Part shown: one piece after another, positions 43,021-53,666 of the stretch | How the letters are laid out: every line of letters starts with the position of its first letter | Position numbering within the stretch: position 1 is the stretch's first letter | Source: Abditibacteriaceae bacterium | GTDB lineage: Bacteria; Armatimonadota; Abditibacteriia; Abditibacteriales; Abditibacteriaceae | NCBI GenBank assembly: GCA_965277285.1 | Contig: OZ255721.1 | Span: 2,816,001-2,880,000 of the forward strand | DNA: 64,000 nucleotides | Direction: 5' to 3' | The notes under the pieces: model-generated | The model's database searches: none | What the model was told of the DNA's origin: nothing | The model's input: the letters and a program-made list of their open reading frames with translations, nothing else | Made by a program: the position numbers and the translations under genes

Positions 43021-43056
43021 CAAAAGCCGCGCTTCATCATCGAAGCGCGGCTTTTC
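43021..43056. terminator. Bidirectional terminator hairpin
   Basis: AAAAGCCGCGCTTC...GAAGCGCGGCTTTT between convergent genes. Confidence 0.75.
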
Positions 43057-43085
43057 GTTCATCTGTTCAATTCGTCTTCATCGGC

Positions 43086-45971
43086 TTACCGACTCGCTAA
43101 CAATTTGCGAGCCTGCGCTTGCCGATAAAGGTCGTTGAGTTGCGACGGCGTGACGGCGACGTATTCCGGCCCCAGAATCTTGAGCATCGACTGCAGATCG
43201 CTCAGGCTGGAACCCCAGTTCCAAATGAACGCGTTGAGGAAGGCGGGACGCGCAGTTCCTGCACGCATTCTGAGACGGTTCGCTTTTTCCAGCGGCCCTT
43301 GACCTTGACCTTCCAGAGCGGCGCGGAAAACTGGCTGTCCGCTGGGCAATGTATAAGTGAACTCGCTGTACTTTGTCGGGCCAGACCAGCCGTAATCGGG
43401 CATCAGGAACGGCACTTTGGGCAGCAAAGCGCCGACTTGCGGAATGTCTTCGGTGCGCACGTTCATCAGGCGAATCGTCTTCATGCCCATGCGCGCCATG
43501 CCGCGTTGCGTCCAATCATAAAACGAACTCATGGCCGCCGGACGATCTTTCAAAGCGGTGGCATAATCCGGCGGGTAGATGTAAGCGGCACCCGAAACGT
43601 CGCAGATGAATTCGTCTTTGGACGTTGAACGGTCGTAGTACCACTGCGCAATGGTCGGCGCGACATCGAGCAGGCCGGGCGCCATGCCCCAGCCGACGGG
43701 AATTTTTCCTTGCACCGGATCCTGAAAGTATTTGCGGAAGTAGCCGAACCACGTCGAAACGTTGTCGCCGTCCGACATCGTGAAAGCGATGTAAACCTTC
43801 GAGGGATCGAGTACTGGAGCCGGAGCCTGCACTTTCTGCTGGAGCGAGGCTTTGGGCACGCCGCTCAAAACCGAAAGGTTGCGCACATAATCGCTGACGA
43901 TGGTCACTTTGCCAAAGCGCGAACCAAGCGAAACGCCCGCCGATTCGTCCAAGCCATAACCGTCGCCGTGCCACCAGAAGCCGCGCACAACGGAGTTCAG
44001 CGGCTGGTTGGAGAAGATTTCTTTGATTTCCGCCAGTTCCGCGTTCGTGTTGGCGCCTGGCAAATTTTGTTGCTTGGGGCCTGTAATCCAGAAAGCCAAG
44101 CCTTTAGCCGCGATAATCTGATCCAGCGAACCGTTGCCCAGCATCGGCGGGTCAAGACAAATTGAAAGATACGGATTCAATCGCGGCATCAGCGTGATAC
44201 GCGCATAATGCAGCGCTGCGGCGTCGTCCTTGAATTGTCCACGCAAATCGTTTTTGATCGGCAAGTTCAACTGCGTTGCCAACTCGGGTGTGGCGACGAC
44301 CAAATTATCCAATCCGGCGATGGTGGCCGCGATGTTGGGGCTGATGTAAACCTTCGGGTCGGGCACCACGGCGCCATTGAACGAAGAGCGGAAAGTGGTC
44401 AACAGCGACAAGGGATCAGCGACTTCAATTGGATCGTCGGTGCTGCCCTGAGCTTGCATTTGTTGCAGCCAGAAACGGTCGGTGTCGCCGGAAATGAGGT
44501 AGATGCGCGGCTGCGTACGGTTGACGATGCCTTGCAACGAAGTCAGCAGCAATTGCTGATCGGTCGTCATGGCGCGGATGTCGGCGACATACAAGTGACG
44601 CGCGGGCGGCGGCATTTTGGGCTGCAATGTCGGATATGTGCGCGCCACAACCGGCAACGTGATGTTCTCGTAAATCTTCGGTTTGGGTTGCTGGAGCAAT
44701 GCGGCAAACGCGGTCGCTTTGTGCGAAGCCGGAAACGTGCCTTTTTCAACCAGGGCGGCGATGGTGGCGCGCGCCAGCAGTTGCTCGGTGTCGTAGGCGT
44801 TGAGATCGCCGGTCGCCGGATGGTTTGTCCAGGCATCGACGGCGCCTTTGAACGGGCCGCTGCGATGAATCAAGAGCGCCGCTGATGGCCTGGTGCCTTC
44901 GAGCAAAATCGGCTTCACTTCGATGCCTGCGGGCAAGGCGGCCACGTCTATCACTTGCAAATCACGATCTTGCGGCCAGGTGGGTCTCAGCGCTTTGAGA
45001 CCCAGCAAATCGCCGGGCGCGATGCTGACATCCGCCGTCGGCTGGTCGGCAAAGTTTCCTACGCCGATGCCTTGCGGTCCGAACAAAGCTGCGCCTTCCA
45101 CGTTGCCAACGTCGCTCCAATCGTTGCTTTGCTTCTCGAAACCGCCGTTGACAAGCGCAACAGGTTGGCCTGCGACGTTCGCCGCGATGTCATCTAAACG
45201 CACGACGCGCTTGGGGCTGCGAATCTGCGGCGAAATGTCGAATTCAACCGCATCGGTGGGCGCGACAGCATCAGTTGTGACCTGCTGCCATTGGCTGCCG
45301 GTGGGAACGAGCGTGCCGACCTGCGAGATGAAGGAGCCGCCCAGACCATAAAAGCGCACATACAGCCAATCGTTGCCCGCATCCGTTCCGCTGATGCTTT
45401 GCGTCCAGGCGGTTGCGCGAACGCTTTGGCCGGCTTGCACAGGATGGCGCTCGGAAGAAACGCCGACCCAATCGTTGGCCGAACCGTTCAGTTGCAGAGC
45501 CGATTGGCCGGAGTGCGCTTGCGGAACCAGTCGCGTATCGGTGCTCCAGTTCGGGTTTGGCGTCCATTTTTCGGCGCCCATGCGCGCCACGGGATGCGTG
45601 AAAGGCACAGCCGACAAAATCAGCGAGCCGCCGCCGCGATGAAAAGTCCGCAAATTGTCGAAGGCATCGAGCGGATACGTGTTGCCATAAGGCAGAACCA
45701 CAGCCGCATAAGAGCGAGCGTTGAAGCGCGCCGGATCGGACAGTGCTGCGGTGTCGAGCAAATCGGCTTGCACGCCCGTTGCACGCAAATCCGCCGCGAT
45801 GTCTTTGGGCGAAACCTGCGGCGAAACGATGTAAAAGGGAAATCCCAATTGCGAGAAAACCGCGACGCGCGGTGTGTTCTCAACGGCATTGGCTTGCGTA
45901 TGACAAGCGGCAAGTCCAAGCGGAGCGGCCAACAAGGGCAGCCATGTCTTGCGAATAAAAGAACGTTTGAT
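43086..45971 (-). CDS. Lipoprotein with carbohydrate-binding module and GxGYxYP-like putative glycoside hydrolase domain
   Basis: LAAC lipobox; SLQGIVNRTQPRIY, FTMSDGDN, SGAAYIYP; proposed ATC start at 45971 (ORF track gives TTG 45935). Confidence 0.8.
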   Translation of the reverse strand: MKRSFIRKTWLPLLAAPLGLAACHTQANAVENTPRVAVFSQLGFPFYIVSPQVSPKDIAADLRATGVQADLLDTAALSDPARFNARSYAAVVLPYGNTYPLDAFDNLRTFHRGGGSLILSAVPFTHPVARMGAEKWTPNPNWSTDTRLVPQAHSGQSALQLNGSANDWVGVSSERHPVQAGQSVRATAWTQSISGTDAGNDWLYVRFYGLGGSFISQVGTLVPTGSQWQQVTTDAVAPTDAVEFDISPQIRSPKRVVRLDDIAANVAGQPVALVNGGFEKQSNDWSDVGNVEGAALFGPQGIGVGNFADQPTADVSIAPGDLLGLKALRPTWPQDRDLQVIDVAALPAGIEVKPILLEGTRPSAALLIHRSGPFKGAVDAWTNHPATGDLNAYDTEQLLARATIAALVEKGTFPASHKATAFAALLQQPKPKIYENITLPVVARTYPTLQPKMPPPARHLYVADIRAMTTDQQLLLTSLQGIVNRTQPRIYLISGDTDRFWLQQMQAQGSTDDPIEVADPLSLLTTFRSSFNGAVVPDPKVYISPNIAATIAGLDNLVVATPELATQLNLPIKNDLRGQFKDDAAALHYARITLMPRLNPYLSICLDPPMLGNGSLDQIIAAKGLAFWITGPKQQNLPGANTNAELAEIKEIFSNQPLNSVVRGFWWHGDGYGLDESAGVSLGSRFGKVTIVSDYVRNLSVLSGVPKASLQQKVQAPAPVLDPSKVYIAFTMSDGDNVSTWFGYFRKYFQDPVQGKIPVGWGMAPGLLDVAPTIAQWYYDRSTSKDEFICDVSGAAYIYPPDYATALKDRPAAMSSFYDWTQRGMARMGMKTIRLMNVRTEDIPQVGALLPKVPFLMPDYGWSGPTKYSEFTYTLPSGQPVFRAALEGQGQGPLEKANRLRMRAGTARPAFLNAFIWNWGSSLSDLQSMLKILGPEYVAVTPSQLNDLYRQAQARKLLASR

Positions 45972-46596
45972 GGTGAAACTCCTTATCGCGCAAGGCGATA
46001 TTTGCAGTCTGAGTCCGCCAATCGAGTACTCGATTGAACGTTACTGTGGCGGCGCAACGCGCACGTCATCTATGGAAACAATATTTGTGGGTACGTCAGT
46101 TATCAAACCGTAATCCGAGTTATTTTGCAAGTGGGGATTTGACACATATTTTACGACATGTTCAAAAGAATCGGAATGTTGAAGTTATAGGCCAGTAAGA
46201 AGGGTTTGCGCAAAAGGGGTTTGTGGCAGTCGGTTCGACAACATCAACAGCGAAAGTAACGAATCAACTTCTGGTAGCACTCGCACCACCGCTTACTTAA
46301 TAAGCGCAAACTGAGGAAAAACCGAGTGCTCAGAGCGCTGCGAAATAATTTGCCAGCTTGGAAACGTCGTTTTGGAGCGTATTGATGCGTTATCAATCGG
46401 CACAAGAAAAGGAGGATTTGGAGGCGTTCTACCGACTATCGAGTACTCGATGACCAAAAGCCGCGCTTCATTGCTCGAAGCGCGGCTTTGGATTTGTGTA
46501 ATTCCCTTACACCTTGAGGACGGTTCTTTCACGGCGTAGCGAGCAAAAAGCCGCTCACACGAATGCGCGAGCGGCTTTTTACGTCGGAGCAGTGTC

Positions 46597-48153
46597 TTAA
46601 TTTGTCGATGCGAGCGCCACTGGATTGGCCTTTTTCGCTTTGTTATTGCGGTAAATGTTGGCGGTTCCCGCGGTGTTATTGCCCGTCGAAATATCTTCGA
46701 TGTCGAAGCGACTACTGCTTTGTACCAGGTTGCGACCAAAGATATTTCCGCTGGCGGACGCAGTCGCAAAAATGCCGTCGCTCAGGCTGTTGCGGATCGT
46801 GTTGTTTTTGATCTGGTTGTCTTGCGAATAATCGACGACGACACCATTGGCGTTGCCTGAAATCAAGTTGTTTTCCAGATGATTGCCGATAGAGGCGGAA
46901 ACCAAGAAACCGACGCTGCCGTTATTGGCGATCTTGTTATTGCTGAACAAATTGAAGGCGTTGACATAGGCGCTGACCTGCGACAAAACAATGCCATTTC
47001 CCTGGTTGCCGCTGATCGTATTGTGATCAATGATCGCGTCCAGCAAGCTGTTGCTCATGAACATGCCGTCGCCTGCAACGCCGGTGATGCTGTTTTGCGA
47101 GATCGTCGTCCGAGTCGCCACTGCAGGCGTTGTCTGAGCTTGAGTTTGGCTTTGTTGAACAATTTCCGAGTCCAGGCCGATGCCGACATCGCTGCCGCCG
47201 CGAATGGTGTTTTTTTGCAACGTGACATCGTCGGCATTTTGCAAAACGATGCCCGCGCCACTGGAGTTTGAACCGAGCGTGTCATCAAAGCGGTTCGATG
47301 AAATGTTGATGTTGGAAATGTGACTGCCGCCGGTCGGCAAGGTTTCACCTGCGGGCACTGTCCCTACTAATCCCAGCGCGATGCCGGTCGTCTGATTGCC
47401 TGCGAAAGTATTGGACGAAATCGAAACATTACTCAGGTCGGAGGTTCCCGCGATGCCTTGCCCCAGTGTTGTCGTGACGGCGGGCGTAGGGAGCGTGTCG
47501 TCAACTCCCGTGAAATCTTGATTGTTCAGAAAGGCGTTTCCCTGAAGAAGACCGCTGGTCTGAGTGGTGAGCGAAACGCCAGTGTTCGCTTGCTCGATGC
47601 GCGTATTGAGCAGGGTGAAGCCTGCTGCCGCGGTGTCCACGCCAATTCCCACGCGACGTTGGCTGGTGCCCTCGCCTTGAATTGTGAAACCGTCCATCGT
47701 GATATTGGCGGAGCGCACGGTGACAATTGCGTAAGGCAACGGGTCTAAGGCCAGGAGGTTTTGTCCTAAGACAATGATGGTTTCCTGCGAAGGCGAGAAG
47801 TTTTTCAAGCGATTGCCCTGCGACGCGGAACGACCGGCCTGTGCTCCCTCAAGGCGAACATTCTTGTTGATGACCACGGCTTCGTGATAAATACCGGGAG
47901 CGACGCGGATCACGTCGCCCGGGTTCGCCGCATAAATCGCGTTGTTGATGTGCGAATAAGGCGCATTGCGATACTGCTTGCGGTCGTCGTCCACCAGAAT
48001 TATTTTCGCACCCGGCGCCAAATGTTCCTGAGTCGTATAGTCCTGCGTTGTGGTGTCTTGTAATGCGACCGTCTGCGCGTGCGTGGCACGAACATTTGCA
48101 GCTAATAACGAGGCCACGATGCAACTCAAGGCCGTCAGGTTTGTCTTGCGCAT
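46597..48153 (-). CDS. Secreted right-handed parallel beta-helix (pectin lyase fold / NosD-like) protein
   Basis: GDVIRVAPGIYHE, ITMDGFTI, many I-x-x-N-T-I repeats; signal peptide; AAGGA RBS. Confidence 0.85.
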   Translation of the reverse strand: MRKTNLTALSCIVASLLAANVRATHAQTVALQDTTTQDYTTQEHLAPGAKIILVDDDRKQYRNAPYSHINNAIYAANPGDVIRVAPGIYHEAVVINKNVRLEGAQAGRSASQGNRLKNFSPSQETIIVLGQNLLALDPLPYAIVTVRSANITMDGFTIQGEGTSQRRVGIGVDTAAAGFTLLNTRIEQANTGVSLTTQTSGLLQGNAFLNNQDFTGVDDTLPTPAVTTTLGQGIAGTSDLSNVSISSNTFAGNQTTGIALGLVGTVPAGETLPTGGSHISNINISSNRFDDTLGSNSSGAGIVLQNADDVTLQKNTIRGGSDVGIGLDSEIVQQSQTQAQTTPAVATRTTISQNSITGVAGDGMFMSNSLLDAIIDHNTISGNQGNGIVLSQVSAYVNAFNLFSNNKIANNGSVGFLVSASIGNHLENNLISGNANGVVVDYSQDNQIKNNTIRNSLSDGIFATASASGNIFGRNLVQSSSRFDIEDISTGNNTAGTANIYRNNKAKKANPVALASTN

Positions 48154-48255
48154 GAAAATTGGTTCCTTTGAAATGTTTACTTGCTGCAACTTCTCTGCTG
48201 CAACGGTTATACCATAACTCCGATTATTAATACCAAACTCGAGTACTCGATTGCG

Positions 48256-49002
48256 TTACTGCGTCAAAGAAACGCGGGCGTCGTTGCCACGCGCAAAGCT
48301 GTCGTTGTTCTTCAAGGTCATCACGAAATCTTTGAGAACGGTGTCTTGTGGCACGCTGAAGATAATCGGAAACGTCATGCTGGCGCCGGGCAGCATCGGC
48401 TGCGTGACGTTAGGCGCGCCTTCGTAATCGTAATCAATCGGCGCATGCGATTGTCCGTCGGCGTCGGCCAGAGCGGTGCGCATTGTCTTGTCGCTGATCG
48501 AAGTCCACAGCGTTTGCGTGGTCTTTTGCCCGTTCGTGACGTGCACCTTGAGCACGACCAATTTGTAGCCGTTGCGCGGGCGGATGAATCGTATGCTGCC
48601 GTTGTAAGTCGCGCTGTTGTCGTAGCCATAAGGCTGCGCGTCGGTGCGCATCTGGAACGAATCGGGCGTCGCAACGCTCAAGACTTGTAAACGCCATTTG
48701 CCGTCGAACAACACATCGCCGACTTTGCCGCTCAAGTCCTGCACTTGATAGGTGCCGCCCGCTTTTTTGATTTCGTAACCATTGCCGTTGCGCACGACAA
48801 CCATGCCCAGAGCGCGCGCGACATCAGCGACCGGAACATAAGTTTTGCCGTTGATAACGCGCACATCGCTGGACGCGACACGTCCGTTCATCATCAATTG
48901 GGCGTTGCTGCTGGCCGCTATTGCGACAGCACCGCCGATCAACGCCAAACCGAGCGCGCTGCCTTTGAACATCTTCAACTTCTTTTTCTGAGTCGTCATC
49001 AT
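48256..49002 (-). CDS. Secreted protein with stalk-like N-domain and DUF4352-like Ig domain
   Basis: AAGGAG RBS; KTYVPVADVARALG; LVVLKVHVTN...PGASMTFPIIFSVP. Confidence 0.65.
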   Translation of the reverse strand: MMTTQKKKLKMFKGSALGLALIGGAVAIAASSNAQLMMNGRVASSDVRVINGKTYVPVADVARALGMVVVRNGNGYEIKKAGGTYQVQDLSGKVGDVLFDGKWRLQVLSVATPDSFQMRTDAQPYGYDNSATYNGSIRFIRPRNGYKLVVLKVHVTNGQKTTQTLWTSISDKTMRTALADADGQSHAPIDYDYEGAPNVTQPMLPGASMTFPIIFSVPQDTVLKDFVMTLKNNDSFARGNDARVSLTQ

Positions 49003-49231
49003 TGTTCTCCTTTTGTGGACGCCGTTAAAAACCGCAACCCGACAAGCGCCGCTGGAACCACGTCCTGTGTAACACATAATCTCCATGGTCTGCGGTGACA
49101 TGATTTCATCACTGTTCATCAATCGAGTACTCGATGTGCTTTTTTGCTCAAGACCATTCGTCGCCATAATAAATTGAGAACAAAGCTATGGTAGAATTAC
49201 AGCAATTTTCAAGATGTTAAGACGAGGAATT

Positions 49232-50410
49232 ATGAGGCTTTTGTATGGTTTGATGGGTGTCGTAGCGAAGATGAGCGGGAAAATGTCGCGCTTTCGCATG
49301 AACGCGATTCCCAGCAATTGGGCGGTTATCGGATTGTGCGCGATTTTCGCTTTTGTCGCTGCCGATGCGCGCAACGATGCCGTCAACAACGGCAAAACGC
49401 CGCAGGCGATAACGGCAGGACAGTTTTCCAACCTGCCTGCAACGCCTTCGCAGCATCGTTATGTCGCGGTGCATGGGACGATTGTGCCCGAAGCGAGCCT
49501 GACGCTCGAGGAAGATCATTCGCGCTCCGACTTGGTGCCGATGATTGACCGCGCCACTCGGCAAGGCTTTTATATTAAGGCGCGCGAAGGTCAGTTCAGC
49601 GGCAAGCCTCAGGACGTGACGGTGACCGGCATGACGCGCAGCGTCAGCAGCGATATTCGCAACGATTTGCTCAATAAATCCGCCAATCCCGATATATCTT
49701 TCAACACTGATACCGAACTCAATGAAGGCGAAACGCCGCCCGATCCGCTGCTGTCCACGCTGTTTATGGTTGCGTGCGGCCTGGTCGGAGGCGTTTTTCT
49801 TTTGTCCTCGCTGCTGCAACACACGGTTTTTCAACGCACGCGCGCTTCCTCGCCCGTTTTGTCATCGTCCGTTTTGTCCAACGCGAATATGGCGTCCTCT
49901 TTTTCGTCTTCGCCCGTTTCGTCCGCCGCCGCTGCATCTATATCGAGTACTGGAAATGCGCCGATTTCAGGTTCGCAATGGACGCCACAGAACGCCGCGA
50001 ACGCGACGGCCAACGATATACGGATGACGGGACATTTGCGTTTGAGTGAGAAAATCGCGCGCCGTTTTCTGGATGTTCCAATTCAGCGGGTGCGCTTGGA
50101 AAACGATGCGCTGGCTTTCGCCTCGAATATCGACGCGTCATCGCGGATGTATGGCGTGGTTACGCAAAAGCGCGCTGGTTTGTGGCTGATGATGCCGAAC
50201 CCGCGCACTCTGACGTGGCAGGAAGGCAACTTGTATAACGGTTTTTCACCGCGCCCCGCTCTCAAATTGCGCTTCAACGATGTCTTGAATAAAGACCGCA
50301 AATCAACCGCGATTTTGTCTTTCGGCAGTGAAGCGGCGCGCACGCAAGCGATGCAGGATTTGCAAAAAGAAGTCGAACGAGCGCGCGGCGTTGGTGCTAT
50401 CTCGATTTAA
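49232..50410 (+). CDS. Hypothetical membrane protein
   Basis: GAGG RBS; two TM segments around a soluble domain; Ser-rich linker. Confidence 0.65.
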   Translation: MRLLYGLMGVVAKMSGKMSRFRMNAIPSNWAVIGLCAIFAFVAADARNDAVNNGKTPQAITAGQFSNLPATPSQHRYVAVHGTIVPEASLTLEEDHSRSDLVPMIDRATRQGFYIKAREGQFSGKPQDVTVTGMTRSVSSDIRNDLLNKSANPDISFNTDTELNEGETPPDPLLSTLFMVACGLVGGVFLLSSLLQHTVFQRTRASSPVLSSSVLSNANMASSFSSSPVSSAAAASISSTGNAPISGSQWTPQNAANATANDIRMTGHLRLSEKIARRFLDVPIQRVRLENDALAFASNIDASSRMYGVVTQKRAGLWLMMPNPRTLTWQEGNLYNGFSPRPALKLRFNDVLNKDRKSTAILSFGSEAARTQAMQDLQKEVERARGVGAISI

Positions 50411-50492
50411 GAAGCGACTCAAATGGTTCGTTAATCTGGCTCTGACCCAGAGTTCGAGTACTCGAATCATAACTTTTCGCACAGAACCTCTT

Positions 50493-51545
50493 ATGAAAAC
50501 TCCCGATGAGCAGCCGCAGCCTTTTTCTTCATCGTCCGCCATTGAAGGTACGCAGCCAAAAGACGCTTCGCCAATTCCATCAACAGCGCGCGACATTTTC
50601 GCCGTCAACGCGCGGGAAAATCAGCCGCCCAAGCGCGGTGCCAAAAATGCGCGCGCGGCCAAAGCCGTCAACAACTCGATTTATAAACCCAGCGGGCGCA
50701 TTGCGTCGTATGGCGTGCCGGTTCTGGCGTTGTGGATTTTTCCAGCCAGCGTAGTTGTCGGTTACGCGTACTGGTTTTTCACGCAGTACTGGAATCCGGT
50801 TTTGTTCGCGCAGGTTTTTTTAGGTTTCGCATTGGGCGCGGCGATGTATCCTGGCATTCGCCTGGCGAAATGTCGCAACCCGAAAATCGCCATTGGCGCA
50901 ACTGTTTGTCTGACACTCTTGACGTTTCTGGTGTGGCGCGGTCTGGAAGCGCGAGCGATGCGCGCCGAATATGTGAATTATGCGACCAAGATGGGCGTTC
51001 AATCTGGCGTGCCAGAAACTCAGGCGCGCGCTCGTGTCGAATCGTTTTTGACGCCCAGCCGCACCGCTCGCGCTTACTTGCGCGAAGTCACGCGCTATGG
51101 CGTCACCTTGCGCGACGACGAGGGTTCGCATTTGAGCAGCAGCCAGAGCGGAACGAGCGTCATCGGCGTTTGGTATTGGCTGCTCTCGGCTTTTGAAATG
51201 TTGGTGGCGGCGATTTGTGCGGCGGTTTTTGCGCAAAGCGCGGCGTCCGCGCGTTTCAGCGAACAATGCGATCAATGGTATCGCAAAAAGAAACTCGCCT
51301 CCGTAGCGCCTTCGCGCGTTGTCGAACTGATAGATTTGATGAAAGCCAACTGCTGGCGCGAAGCCGGACAATTGATGCAAAAAGCCCGCAGCGAAAGCAG
51401 TTTTCAAATCGTGATTTACGATTGCGCGCCCGCCAGCGACGGCTTTGTCGCTCTCATGCAGCAAACCGCCAACAACCAGACAAGTTGCCTTTTTGAGGCT
51501 GCCGCGTCGCAGGACAACATTGCGCTGCTGCGCAACCCGCTTTAG
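50493..51545 (+). CDS. Hypothetical membrane protein
   Basis: Four hydrophobic segments; C-terminal soluble region. Confidence 0.65.
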   Translation: MKTPDEQPQPFSSSSAIEGTQPKDASPIPSTARDIFAVNARENQPPKRGAKNARAAKAVNNSIYKPSGRIASYGVPVLALWIFPASVVVGYAYWFFTQYWNPVLFAQVFLGFALGAAMYPGIRLAKCRNPKIAIGATVCLTLLTFLVWRGLEARAMRAEYVNYATKMGVQSGVPETQARARVESFLTPSRTARAYLREVTRYGVTLRDDEGSHLSSSQSGTSVIGVWYWLLSAFEMLVAAICAAVFAQSAASARFSEQCDQWYRKKKLASVAPSRVVELIDLMKANCWREAGQLMQKARSESSFQIVIYDCAPASDGFVALMQQTANNQTSCLFEAAASQDNIALLRNPL

Positions 51546-51743
51546 AAGCGAAATCGAAGGAAGGAACGCAGCGTGGCTTGACATCCGCCCAAAGGCACAC
51601 GAAACGGTTGGCTCGAGTTAGAAACGAACTATCGAGTACTCGATAAAGCGCCACAATGAGGTTTGGAAACCGCTTGTGGGCAACCTCACTTGAAGTTATA
51701 GAGAGCGACTCAGATGGTATGATAAAGCGAACTATCAACGCAA

Positions 51744-51822
51744 GAACCCTGAGCGTTAGCGACGGGTGAAATGCAAGAGTTTTCATCCGTTGCATTTCAC
51801 CCGTTGCTGGCGCTCGTGTTTT
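51744..51822. repeat. REP-like inverted repeat, family A (right arm degenerate)
   Basis: GAACCCTGAGCGTTAGCGACGGGTGAAATGCAA...TTGCATTTCACCCGTTGCT. Confidence 0.75.
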
Positions 51823-51853
51823 CCATCGAACTCGATTGAGCCATCACCAAATT

Positions 51854-53401
51854 ATGAACTTAAACAATCTCAAACTATCGCGCCGCGCTTTGTTGCAATT
51901 GGCGGCGGGCGCATCAGCTGTGACGCTGGCGAATCACCTTTCGGCGGCGTGGGGGCAAACTCCTCAAAGCCACACCTCGGCCAAGTTCCAAAACCCGCTT
52001 TTCGCTGGCGATTACGCCGATCCCTCGATTCTGCGCGTCGGCGGCGATTTCTACATGACGCACACTTCCTATCGCTACGCGCCGAGTTTGCTGGTCTGGC
52101 ACTCGCGCGATTTGGTCAACTGGACACATATTTCGAGTGCGTTCCCTCATCCTTACGGCGAAGGCGAAATCTGGGCGCCCGATCTCGTCGAACACCAGGG
52201 GCGCTATTTTATCTACTATCCCCAAAATGGGCGCCTGTTTGTGGTTCATACTCTCAATCCGCGCGGAACGTGGAGCGCGCCAGTTGATTTGAAAGTGGGC
52301 GACATTGATCCCGGGCACGTCGTCGGGCCGGACGGAACGCGCTATCTTTATTCTGCCGGTGGCCATGTCATCCAACTGAGTGCTGATGGTTTGTCCACTG
52401 TGGGCGAGCGAAAGCAGGTTTACGAAGGCTGGCAGTTCCCCAGTGAATGGAAAACGGAGGGCTTTTGGCTGGAAAGCCCCAAGCTGACACGGCGCGGCGA
52501 ATACTATTATCTCATCTGCGCTGAAGGCGGCACAGCCGGGCCGCCAACCAGTCACATGGCGGTAGTGGCGCGCTCGAAATCGCCGCTCGGCCCTTGGAAA
52601 AATTCGCCTAATAACCCGCTCATCCATACCTACAGCGCGGACGAGACCTGGTGGTCGGTCGGGCACGGCACGCTGGTTTCAACGCCTGACGACCGTTGGT
52701 ACTTCGTTTATCACGGCTACCGAAACGGGTTGCAGACGTTGGGTCGCCATACGCTGATGGAGCCAGTTGAGTGGACGAAGGACGGTTGGCCGCACGCGCC
52801 GTTGGGCGCACAACGCGACCAACCAATGCCTGCGCCGATGGGCATCGCGCAACGCCCGATGCTGCCGTTGACGGATAATTTTCGCTCGAGGAGTCTCAAG
52901 GCGACTTGGGGCGCGTGGAACGAAACCGATATGAGCCGCTTTCAGGTGGGAAAAGGTGCGCTAACGATACGCGCCAAAGGCGATTCGCCCGGCCAGAGTT
53001 CGCCGCTCACGGTGATGGCGCGCAATGTCAGTTATCAAGTGCAAGTTGTGGCGACGCCGCAAAACGATTGTGCTGCTGCGCTGGGCTTGTTTTACAATCC
53101 CGACAACTGGGTTTTTGCCGAACTCAAAGGCGGCCAACTGCGCGTTCTCGGAGCCAAACAAACGCTGGCGAATCGCGCGTGGAAAGTGAGCACAGTGCAT
53201 TTAAAAATCGTAAACCTCCACAACAGCGTCGAGTTTTTGGCCAGCGAAAACGGGCACGGTTGGCAAAGTCTGCTCGCCAATTTTGATGCGTCGGGCTTCA
53301 ACAATAATGTCTTACACGGATTCCAAGCCCTGCGCCCGGCCTTGGCAGCGAGCGGCGCCGGTGAAGCACGCTTCACCGATTTTCGTTACGGTATTTTGTA
53401 A
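51854..53401 (+). CDS. Tat-exported GH43 glycoside hydrolase (beta-xylosidase/arabinofuranosidase)
   Basis: SRRALL Tat motif; YADPSI, IWAPD, IDPGH, LESPK, GHGTLV. Confidence 0.92.
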   Translation: MNLNNLKLSRRALLQLAAGASAVTLANHLSAAWGQTPQSHTSAKFQNPLFAGDYADPSILRVGGDFYMTHTSYRYAPSLLVWHSRDLVNWTHISSAFPHPYGEGEIWAPDLVEHQGRYFIYYPQNGRLFVVHTLNPRGTWSAPVDLKVGDIDPGHVVGPDGTRYLYSAGGHVIQLSADGLSTVGERKQVYEGWQFPSEWKTEGFWLESPKLTRRGEYYYLICAEGGTAGPPTSHMAVVARSKSPLGPWKNSPNNPLIHTYSADETWWSVGHGTLVSTPDDRWYFVYHGYRNGLQTLGRHTLMEPVEWTKDGWPHAPLGAQRDQPMPAPMGIAQRPMLPLTDNFRSRSLKATWGAWNETDMSRFQVGKGALTIRAKGDSPGQSSPLTVMARNVSYQVQVVATPQNDCAAALGLFYNPDNWVFAELKGGQLRVLGAKQTLANRAWKVSTVHLKIVNLHNSVEFLASENGHGWQSLLANFDASGFNNNVLHGFQALRPALAASGAGEARFTDFRYGIL

Positions 53402-53609
53402 ATGGTCAGCCGCATGGGCATTGCCCGCGCCTGGCTGAACGCTATCAGTTTTTCGTGGTCGTAAACGGGACAAAAATTACCGCGAAGGACGCGAAATACG
53501 CAGAGAAATAAGGGGAAATCGAGTACTCGAAACCAGAGCTTTGTCATTCTGAGAGGTTGTATAAAGAGTCGTGAAAAGTAACAGAACAAGCTCGCAAACC
53601 ATCAGTTTG

Positions 53610-53666
53610 GTCATTCTGAGCGCAGCGAAGAATCTGGCTTTTCATATAGATTCTTCGCTGCGCTCA
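53610..53666. repeat. Inverted repeat, family C, right arm interrupted by the IS
   Basis: GTCATTCTGAGCGCAGCGAAGAATCT...AGATTCTTCGCTGCGCTCA|IS|TCAGAATGA. Confidence 0.85.

Noticed and set aside
46293..46769. 158-aa ORF between the two secreted-protein genes
   Set aside because: It overlaps the beta-helix gene, runs through two terminator hairpins, and has no RBS or motif.
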